NCBI GenBank assembly: GCA_040954595.2
Contig: CM082588.2
Span: forward strand, 1,991,027 to 2,055,026
Source of the DNA: Balanoglossus misakiensis
Taxonomy: Eukaryota; Animalia; Hemichordata
Direction: 5' to 3'
Length of the DNA: 64,000 bases
A model generated the notes under the pieces. It was given only the letters and a program-made list of their open reading frames with translations, was not told where the DNA came from and made no database searches. Position numbers and translations under genes: made by a program. Positions within the stretch are counted from its first letter, which is position 1. Every line of letters begins with the position of its first letter. Below, piece by piece: positions 1 to 9,100 of the stretch.

Positions 1-1712
1 ACCATGAAAAATTCAATATATTCATATCCCGAATATAAAATATACAATTTATTATTTCGAATTATCAATTGCTTTATTCAATTATTTATTCATGATGGGA
101 AACCTGGTTGTTCTAAATGCATGGGACTTTTTGAAAAACACTGTTTACTTAACGGTGCCGCTGTCATGTCTATAAAACAAATCTGCTCCATTATTCTTCG
201 GGGCTGAAATCCCCACAATAGCCTTCATAAGTAGTTCTGAAGTGACTCAAGAGACTTAGGCCGGGTCAAAGGTCAGATTTGATTCATGCTTTGTATCTCT
301 CGTCACGGCCTGGTGCGTGCAAGTCTGGCGCTATAGCGGCTATCCTGTTTCCAGTTTCAACTTTTGGTGTAAATGGTTCGGACGATTTAACGTTTACAAA
401 AGGCAAATGCAAGGTCAAAGTCATAAGAACACTCATGAGTTGTTCACAAAATGGCCTGAATCCATACCCCTACACCTACAGTATGTGGCGCTCGTTAAAA
501 TAACAATAAGCATAATGTTCGCATTAATACTACCTGCTAGTTTTACCATAGCAATTTAAATAATACTAAAAAAGAATTTAACCCGTGCCTTTTTTACTTA
601 ACATTGAAAGTCAGTGATGGCGATGAGTTTGTTGAGAGAAGAGATGTTTAGCTCATCACTGTCGCTTTGTAATACGAAGGATGAAACAAAGATGGCTGAG
701 CTATTACTGATGCGGAATGCGCGACGCGAAATTAAGAAAATCATCATGTTGAGTGCAAATGAAATGCGCAGGGGCGGTGTCCTTATTAATGAAATTTGCA
801 TTGGTTCTGGTGAAGGCACATCACGTGACATTTGCTGGGAAAGGTCGAAGGGGCACCTGACAGGAACTGTACATGACACGAGGATAGCGTGTTTGGTCTC
901 TTGGTATACGGCACTCGATATCTCATCCCGGAGGATGATGAGTTCGAGACATGGTCAAGGCCGCCATGTGCCTCGGAGCCAGGCATTTACCCTTGAGCCA
1001 CAGATTTATCTCTCAATGCTTCTCTCCTACCCTGGAGTGACGGATGGGATAAAATGCCATTTTCCTCTTTCGAGTCGCATTTTAGTGTCAAAGCACTGCA
1101 TTGTCGTTTACACAAATCATTCAACCGGAACACTTATCCACTTTCCAAGATGACACCAGAGGCTAGATTTATCTTGTAAGTGTACTTAAAACGCCGTTCC
1201 ATCTTCTGCGACATCATTGCAAATTTCTCATGAGCATTACCTTTAACAACAGTCAAATACTACTATTATCCTCCTGCAGTGTAGTTCGATGCCATTTTGC
1301 AAAGGTGAAGGTAGGGGGCGCTACATCCAAATCCAAAATCGAAATGAAGACTACAGAAGAGATATATTTTAATAGACAAACGCTGAGGGCGCATATTCAG
1401 CCGATCACCAAGGCAACGGGCACAGGCGAGGCAGGTGATCAGAATAAAAGAACGCAAAGCGTTGCTGAGCCATGACAAGTCTGAGATACCAAAATTATGC
1501 TCGTTACTTGGTGAAATTGGCTCTCTACCAAATGTCTTATTAAGATCAGCACCCATGCGAACCTCACAACAAAAACTGCCTGCCTTATATTATTGTAAAG
1601 CTATGCATTGGGGACGGCGAAAGTGACCCCTTTGTTCATAGTAGTCTGAAGGGTCGATGATCCCGGAAGGAGAAACAAGGACAACTTGTTCTCCATTTTG
1701 GATATATCAGAC

Positions 1713-2726
1713 ATGGCTCGTGTGAGGTGGTTTTTGATATCAGTGCTGTGTCTGTTGTCAGCTTCTCGGCCATTGGCTGCCAGTGGTGATTACCTTAACT
1801 GCTCAACATCTGCTGACGATAGGTCTTTGCAAGAAGGAGACACTATCAACCTTTCTTGCCAAAGCCAAGGCGGAGAGCCAAAAGCGGACCTGACATGGCT
1901 GATTGGGGGTCTGGGATTGTCCTCTGTAAGGTCAAACTTCTCCAACACAATAACCACCGAGATCGTACTATCACGAAGTCACAATGGCGCGTTGTTTGTT
2001 TGTACTGCGACCAGCCCTGCGATGCCAATCCCTCGAGACTGCAGAGTTGGACCCCTGAACGTTCAATACACACCGAAGGTGACCGTGACACCACAAATTG
2101 TCAATGTCAGTTTGGGGGAGGGTGCGTTGTTCACCTGCGCCGTCGACGCCAATCCGATGCCTCGGCTTGATCAAGTAAACTGGATCATTGACCAGGAAAA
2201 GCGTGATAGTGGAAATTATAACGAGACAGTTATAAACAACACAGTTTACCAGATATTTGTGATGCCAGTTACAGTCGACCTTAACAACGCTAAGGTTGTC
2301 TGCAATGTTACCAATTATATCGGCTGGGATTCAGACTATGGACTAATATCTGTGCTTTCTAACAATACAAACGAGTCTGAGATTCCTCAATGGACGACCA
2401 TTATTATGTGGGTTGCAACGGTTGTTATGATTTGCATCGTCAGTGCACTAGAGTTTTACTGTATCAGGAAGTGCTACAGATCATACAAGTTAAGAAAAGC
2501 CCGCAGACTTAACGCGAAAATGAAAAGCGAGACCGATGCCCTTCGTAATGAAAGTGGGTCGAAATTTAGCGATTTTGCAAACCTTGATACAGAACACGAC
2601 CCACCAGCATCAACACAACTGGATGAGACACAGAAGGACGGTTGGGAAACTGATTCTCCAGGCACAGAGGGCGATGTACCATTGACGACCATAGAAACGC
2701 ACCGTAATGAATCTGGCGAGGACTGA
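1713..2726 (+). CDS. Type I Ig-superfamily membrane protein, short paralog (signal peptide, 2 C2/I-type Ig domains, TM, ~85-aa tail); nectin/Kirre/CADM-like
   Basis: First ATG of ORF 1686..2726 is at 1713 (337 aa, single coding exon). Signal MARVRWFLISVLCLLSASRPLAA; Ig motifs LSCQSQGGEPKADLTW...FVCTA and FTCAVDANP...VNW...VVCNVTN; TM IIMWVATVVMICIVSALEFYCI followed by basic residues. Confidence 0.85.
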   Translation: MARVRWFLISVLCLLSASRPLAASGDYLNCSTSADDRSLQEGDTINLSCQSQGGEPKADLTWLIGGLGLSSVRSNFSNTITTEIVLSRSHNGALFVCTATSPAMPIPRDCRVGPLNVQYTPKVTVTPQIVNVSLGEGALFTCAVDANPMPRLDQVNWIIDQEKRDSGNYNETVINNTVYQIFVMPVTVDLNNAKVVCNVTNYIGWDSDYGLISVLSNNTNESEIPQWTTIIMWVATVVMICIVSALEFYCIRKCYRSYKLRKARRLNAKMKSETDALRNESGSKFSDFANLDTEHDPPASTQLDETQKDGWETDSPGTEGDVPLTTIETHRNESGED

Positions 2727-3525
2727 GACACACAGTGATGTCAGACAGTGGGCCCACATACAGGAGGGGATTGTATTTCTGTTATACAACTTGTAATTTG
2801 GTTGTTTTTTTACAATGCTTTGTATTGGGGGAATCGGGTAATAAACGTGGTGGTCCTTGAGGTATAATATAGGCTCGTGGAGTCCGACAACCACCGCATA
2901 TACCGATTAACTGCGTCTGTTATTTGTCTAAAGTATATGTTTTTCTCGATGATGGGGCGATGATAGTTGTCTGTCCACAAATATAAACAAATTCACTTTA
3001 CGTACGTGTTTTGATGTTTGGTGGCGCACTATATATCTTCCAACAGCGTCAGCGAAACTGGTGACAAATTTTCTAAAATTATGTTTCAACAGTATCGCCT
3101 GACAACGTAAAAGGAGTCCAGTTTCACTTTAGAGACGATAGATTGTTTCAGATTGGATTTCCCTGTCGGCTTCTCTTGTTGGATCGGTATACTATGGGAC
3201 GCTTGGTGGAATCTTTAGATGTATACCAGGTCAGACACAGAAAAGAACATATCTTACCTCACGACAGTTTGGTCATAAATAAGCGTCTGTAATTGTAAAC
3301 CTCACAACAAAAGATATTTCAACCGTTTGCTTGCTTGCTTGACATATTATAAATCTTAAATCTATGAATTGAGGTCAGCGAAAGTGACTTTCCGGTGCCC
3401 AGTTCACCAGTCGAAACCCAGAGTGGCCGGGGAGGCGATGATCCCGGAAGAAGAAGTAAAAAAGACGGCAGGTGGTTCTTTTATATTCTGTTCACTTGTT
3501 CTCCATTTTGGATTGTCTTGAAGAC

Positions 3526-6183
3526 ATGGGTGTGTGGTGGTTATCGATGTCAGTGTTTCTGCTGTGTCTATCGTCTGCTTCACGGCCACTGGCTGCCAGT
3601 GAGAGTGACGTGAAACAGTGGAGTACCATTTGGCCGAATGCCACAGTCGTGATTGAAGGTGAGACGGTGAAGTTTAACTGTGTTGTTTACAACAAGACGA
3701 GACACCTCGCTTGGGGTTATCTAACCGAGACGACTGGGAATCAGCCGCCTGTATTGGTATATCAAAACGGAACGTTTCCTCGGAAAGTTCCTCAATCTCT
3801 CACATCTAGAATAGACCTGGCGGTCAACCTTACCTTGGGGGAGTTCAACTTGACACTGTCAAATGTAACCAGGCAAGACGAAGGGCTGTATCAGTGCATT
3901 TTGTATAATCCGTATTTTATGTCAGAGGCTAGATTGACTGTTTTGGTACCACCAGAAGATGATTACCCTAACTGCTCAACATCTGCTGATGATAGTTCTT
4001 TACAAGAAGGAGACACTATCAACCTTTCTTGCCAAAGCCAAGGCGGAAAGCCAAAAGCGAACCTGACATGGCTGATTGGGGGTCTGGAATTGTCCTCTGT
4101 AAGGTCAAACGTTTCCAACACAATAACCACCGAGATCGTACTATCACGAAGTCACAATGGTGCGTTGTTTGTTTGTACTGCGACCAGCTCTGCACTACCA
4201 AATTCTCGAGTCTGCAGAATTGGACCCCTGAACGTTCAATACAAACCGAAGGTGACCGTGACACCACAAAATGTCAATGTCAGTTTGGGGGAGGGTGCGT
4301 TGTTCACCTGCTCCGTCGACGCCAATCCGATGCCACGGCTTGATCAAGTAAACTGGATCGTTGGCACGGGAATACATATGAATGGAAATTATAGCGAGAC
4401 AGTTATAAACAGCACGGTTTTTCAAATATTTGTAGCGCCAATCACAGCTGGACTAAACAACTCGAAGGTTGCCTGCAATGTTACTAATTCTGTCGGCTGG
4501 GATTCGGATTATGCAAGAATTTTTGTGTTCCCTAATAACCCGATAAACGAGGAGCCTGTATGGGACTCTGGATACACTCCATTGGCGACCACCATCGCTA
4601 TAGCCACAGCTGCAGTTGTCTTTTGTTGCGTCGTCTGCATATTAACGGTTCACACACTGAGGAAGTGTTCCGGGACACGTAAACAGTTTCAGTTCCACAG
4701 AACGCAGAAAGGAGAGACGGGTCTCATTTGCAACTATGACGGATTTAAATTTTACGACTTCGCCAACCCCCAAACCGTCACCGACGACTCGCCGACGCAA
4801 ATGAGGGAGACGCTGACGGACGGGGAAATCCAATCTCGCGACAGAAATGCAGGTGTCCCCTTGACGATAATAGAAACCCACCATTACGAAACGGTGGAAG
4901 AAGTTCGTCCAGGCACCGTGATATCGGACAGTGGGCACACCGACGGGGCACACGACACAGATAACCGAAACAACAATTTGGGTGAGCACAATGGTAAAGA
5001 AAGCGTCACGACTCAAGCTGAAGTCGCTAACCTGGACGGAGCTACCCCTGTTGAGGCGGGTGGTGAATCTGTCGCCCCGAAGAACCCAGAGCCTCAATAC
5101 GCAGTGCTTGTTCCGGAAAGCTCGTCCGAAGACGACGACCAAGTGGAACTGGCGACAGACGCCGTTACCAGGAGCGCCAACAACGGTACAAAAGCCACAC
5201 CACCAACCGGCTTTCCAGAGCCGCAATACCATACTATCGACGACACGGATACAGTCGACAAACAAATGGAGAGTAAGGCGACCCAAGGAGAACCTATGAG
5301 ACGGAGTCTTCATTATGCGTGTACTTACGTTGACGGACGGGTGAGGGAGGAGCCCGATACTGATTCGAGTAACGTTGCACCACCCCAACCCCCAATATCA
5401 CCGGTGTTCAGTGAGAGTGATACAGGACAGGGTTTCAGAAAGAAATCATTCACTAATCCATACAAAATTGTGGACATCGGTAGTCTATTGGACAGAGATG
5501 TTGCTGACTGCACTCCCTCGTGCACGGTCGCATACGACACGCCTGTTAACAGTAAAGATTACATCGAAAAAGAAAGCGACAATACTGGAGTAGAAGAGGG
5601 CAATGTTGGCAGAATTTCTCCTGTTGGCCGGAAAGACGAACCACTGCCGTCTCACAAAATTGAAAGCACGGAAAGCACAGCAGAAAGCGAGGTCGAACGA
5701 GCAACAGACGATTTCGAGAGCAGCGCCTCTGACGGTGACGCATGTGGATCGGTCGAAAATGCAGAACATCCGTATGCTACGATTGACGACAGTGCACCGA
5801 CGAGGCCTAATGGAACAGAAGTGCAACGAGAAGACAGTGACCTCCCACTGCACTATGATTATGCGTATATGGATAGAGACACAAGGGACAATAATTCCAA
5901 CACATTTCCCAATATGGCGGCACTCGCGCAGAACACGGTGAACAATCGCAGCGACCAAAACTTCCAAGACAACCAAACGAATCCGTACGAAACTGTGGAA
6001 CTGAGTCCAGAGCTAGCAGCACCCGTCCCGATACCGAATCAGAATACATCTCATGATCTTTGCCAAAATGTTGCCACCGACGAATCTGATTCAGACGACT
6101 ATTCTGATATAGTTGACGACAGCGGTCTCTCGTCAGCTCAACTCAGCGATGAAGGTGAACATGACTCGTCCGAGATACAATGA
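3526..6183 (+). CDS. Type I Ig-superfamily receptor, long paralog (signal peptide, V-set + 2 C2/I-type Ig domains, TM, ~500-aa acidic tyrosine-motif tail)
   Basis: First ATG of ORF 3472..6183 is at 3526 (885 aa, single coding exon). V domain FNC...LAW...FNLTLSNVTRQDEGLYQC...ARLTVL; two further Ig domains shared with the upstream paralog; TM TTIAIATAAVVFCCVVCILTV; many N-glycosylation sequons. Confidence 0.92.
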   Translation: MGVWWLSMSVFLLCLSSASRPLAASESDVKQWSTIWPNATVVIEGETVKFNCVVYNKTRHLAWGYLTETTGNQPPVLVYQNGTFPRKVPQSLTSRIDLAVNLTLGEFNLTLSNVTRQDEGLYQCILYNPYFMSEARLTVLVPPEDDYPNCSTSADDSSLQEGDTINLSCQSQGGKPKANLTWLIGGLELSSVRSNVSNTITTEIVLSRSHNGALFVCTATSSALPNSRVCRIGPLNVQYKPKVTVTPQNVNVSLGEGALFTCSVDANPMPRLDQVNWIVGTGIHMNGNYSETVINSTVFQIFVAPITAGLNNSKVACNVTNSVGWDSDYARIFVFPNNPINEEPVWDSGYTPLATTIAIATAAVVFCCVVCILTVHTLRKCSGTRKQFQFHRTQKGETGLICNYDGFKFYDFANPQTVTDDSPTQMRETLTDGEIQSRDRNAGVPLTIIETHHYETVEEVRPGTVISDSGHTDGAHDTDNRNNNLGEHNGKESVTTQAEVANLDGATPVEAGGESVAPKNPEPQYAVLVPESSSEDDDQVELATDAVTRSANNGTKATPPTGFPEPQYHTIDDTDTVDKQMESKATQGEPMRRSLHYACTYVDGRVREEPDTDSSNVAPPQPPISPVFSESDTGQGFRKKSFTNPYKIVDIGSLLDRDVADCTPSCTVAYDTPVNSKDYIEKESDNTGVEEGNVGRISPVGRKDEPLPSHKIESTESTAESEVERATDDFESSASDGDACGSVENAEHPYATIDDSAPTRPNGTEVQREDSDLPLHYDYAYMDRDTRDNNSNTFPNMAALAQNTVNNRSDQNFQDNQTNPYETVELSPELAAPVPIPNQNTSHDLCQNVATDESDSDDYSDIVDDSGLSSAQLSDEGEHDSSEIQ

Positions 6184-9100
6184 GAAGAGATATAATGAAC
6201 AAATACATATTTATTTCAGGATTAACAAGTTTTTTTCTCAGTTATCATGACTACAATTTCACCAGGCTAAACAGCTTGGAAGTTATATTAAACTATTTGG
6301 CAATTAATACTAGTACATGTACCCAGTTTGCTGAAGATCCCCTGATGGGCGCCCTCTAGAAAGACGTATCTTTTTTCTTCGTTATAAGTGTTGACACAGG
6401 GAGATCCTTATATCTTGTTGACGCAGTTCTATTAGAAATAATGTTTCAAGAATATCAACAAATGTATGGTTTTGTCATGCACTTTCCCTTCGCTCGTTCC
6501 AGATCTGCATGGCGCCGATATAGTTGAGCGGATTGACGTAAATGTTGAACTTGAAACCATTAAAGCGTGAACCGAGTCATCTCACCAGAGATTTAACGGA
6601 CTACTTGTCATGAATATTTAGCGTGAAATCTTACATCACTTTGTCAGAAAATCGAAGTTAATTGAAACGGGAGAGCAAGCTCATCACTAACTATCAACCC
6701 CTGTCAGGCAACGGTAGATTTATCGTTCTGAATCCTCTACCATGCATTGCTTCATTTGTCGTCCATTATCGGCTCCATTTTCCGTTCTACTTATCCCCTG
6801 CAGTTCAGCACAGTCGCTCAAATTAACAGCGTGTGGCTTATTCTGCCGAACAAACTAGTCTGGTGTGAACATCTGCCCGGAGCAAATTCAGTGATCCCAT
6901 CTTTGAAATGGATGCGTATTGAACAAGCTTCCTTATCGCATGCAGATACACACATCGGCGATATCGGAGCAAAACATTGACGACCACATCGGTCTGCACG
7001 TCGCGCAAGAAAGGCGAGAATGAGCTGCAGAAGACACGTTGTGAATATTTAAAACCCGCTCGAAAACAAGCAACTTAGACCTTCAATCGTTGACAGGCCT
7101 TATCGAACGCTATCGAGTGCTTGATGCGCATCAGCACATATTCTCGGAGCGTAATTAATTAGGTCGGAGAATCACACCGAACTTTGATCGGTCGACGATT
7201 TATGATAATGGTTCCTCGGCGACGTCGACCTTTTCCCCGCTAAATCTGGGATTGAACCTGAGGGGACACAGTGACTCTGTGCGTTCTAATTTGACATAGA
7301 TGGGGTTTCTAGGGTTGGATTCTACGACTCAAGGGGCCACAGTGTACTTTTCAGTCCGCAAGCATTTTCACAATGATTTCAACCAAACGTTGACCACAAA
7401 GACTTGGCGCAATCCTAAACTAACCACACATCAACAAAAATAAAAAAAGCAAGTTATACCGTCTAGAGAAGAAAACAATTGTGGATGCATGATAAGCTGT
7501 CGGGTTCCATGACCCGTGCGTGGTACTATTGATGAGGTTTAAAGCCACAAATCTTAAGACTTGTTGTGTCTTGAGAAACCGCGGCGACCTTGAAGATTAA
7601 GGAATGTAGATTGCGAAGTTGAGGTGAGCGGTGAGATTGGAAAACGATTACCGACGACCTGGAAATTAGTCCGAAGGGTTTTGGAAATCCTCCCAGGCTA
7701 CACCGGGACGCCATGTTTATCGAGTTCAGACGCACAGTTCACAAATCTCAAAAGACATTGAGGTAATAAAACCGATCTTCATGTTGTGTGAAAAACTCGC
7801 CCAACTTTAATGTTTCACGACAGTAGTGTGGACACTACAACCGATCATTGCAATGAGTGTATTGTGAAGTGTTCAGCTTTCGTGCGGAAACTTGAGAAAA
7901 CCACTTTCGACCAATTGCTAAGAGGCGCTTCTTGTACATTTTACAAGTTCTTGACATTTTCGCCAATTGAGAGGAAAATAAGACGAGGCTACTTGGAGAT
8001 GAGGAGGAGGGTGAAGAAAATGTCACGATTGTAATCGTGATGTACGGACGCCGAATATTTTTAAAGTACTCTGCAAACGAAAGCACTTAGAAAACTTTCA
8101 GAGCTAAATTTTCAATTTGTATGCAAATTACATCACAGGTTCGATCTTGTTGAGTCGCCACAACATGGCGTTACCTTGCCACCTGGAGGAAGTAAGTAAC
8201 AAACGTGTAAAAGTATTTCATGGATAAACTAATGATAATGCAATTCCGAATGCGATCAAGATATGCGAAAGTTGATCGCGAACGTCTACCAAACAAATCA
8301 CCTCGTTTTTAACCCAAGGGAATGAGCGAAAACTAAAAAAATAAAGTTCAGTCGAATGCCCTACGAGCAGTTGTCACAGTGTCATGAGCAGACAGTCACA
8401 CTCATGATTAAGATATCTTATTTGAAAGACAGGCGAAGACAGGAATTTCAGTCTAATAACAGAGGTGACGTCACAAATGGTCCATTCATGTTAGCGGGAG
8501 TTTTTTATATAAAGAAATTGTTAATGATGCGTGCATTCTGTCAAAAGATAAACCTGTCATCTCTGTACGTGTTTTTGTGTGTGACGAATATCTCATTCGC
8601 ATTAAACACGTGCGTCCTTTCAAGATATTAAATCAATATTTAATTATCTATTCAGTCCTATGCTGGGTCAGCGACCTCTTATTTTGAGCGAAAATTACTT
8701 CGTCGGACCTCTCTTTCACGTCGGATGATGAGGTTACATCCACGAATGGCAGCAATGGACGATCGACCGAGCAAGTCTTTGGAGAACAACTCCCAGGGGA
8801 CGCCACAGCGCGAAATTAAACGAACTCAAGCATGGTGAATTGAAGGTTCGTCAGAATAAAAAAGGGCAGCGTAAACTTTCCTGAATACATATCCGATTTA
8901 CAGATTACGAACGTTCCCACGTAAACGATATGAAATGCAAAACGCATAATGAACCACTGACATCGTATATTTGATCTTAATTCTTGCAGCCATAAAATAT
9001 GCTTTGGATTAATTCCAGAAAAAGTGATTGTGGAAATGTCAAATTGATATTAATCCGCCCATTCTTCATATCAGACTATCAGAGATACAATACTTCTATT

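Noticed and set aside
263-275. DR1 elements GGGTCAAAGGTCA (also at ~44499, with imperfect copies at ~42720 and ~54690)
   Set aside because: This motif is common in repeats and introns of marine invertebrate genomes; there is no independent support for function.
614-1153. 179-aa ORF upstream of the Ig genes
   Set aside because: No recognisable domain or composition. The region looks regulatory (GC-box, octamer, CACGTG), so this is likely a chance ORF.
3258-3286. Minus-strand 29-nt exon-like cassette between the Ig genes, which would nest them in an antisense host gene
   Set aside because: Good donor but weak pyrimidine tract, and no partner exons could be identified.
4642-5976. Long antisense and alternative-frame ORFs over the Ig tail
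   Set aside because: Shadows of a real CDS on the plus strand; no independent signals.
8131-8160. tRNA-like 3' end (ACAGGTTCGATCTTGT...GCCA)
   Set aside because: T-loop is one base short, and there is no D arm, anticodon arm or matching acceptor stem upstream.
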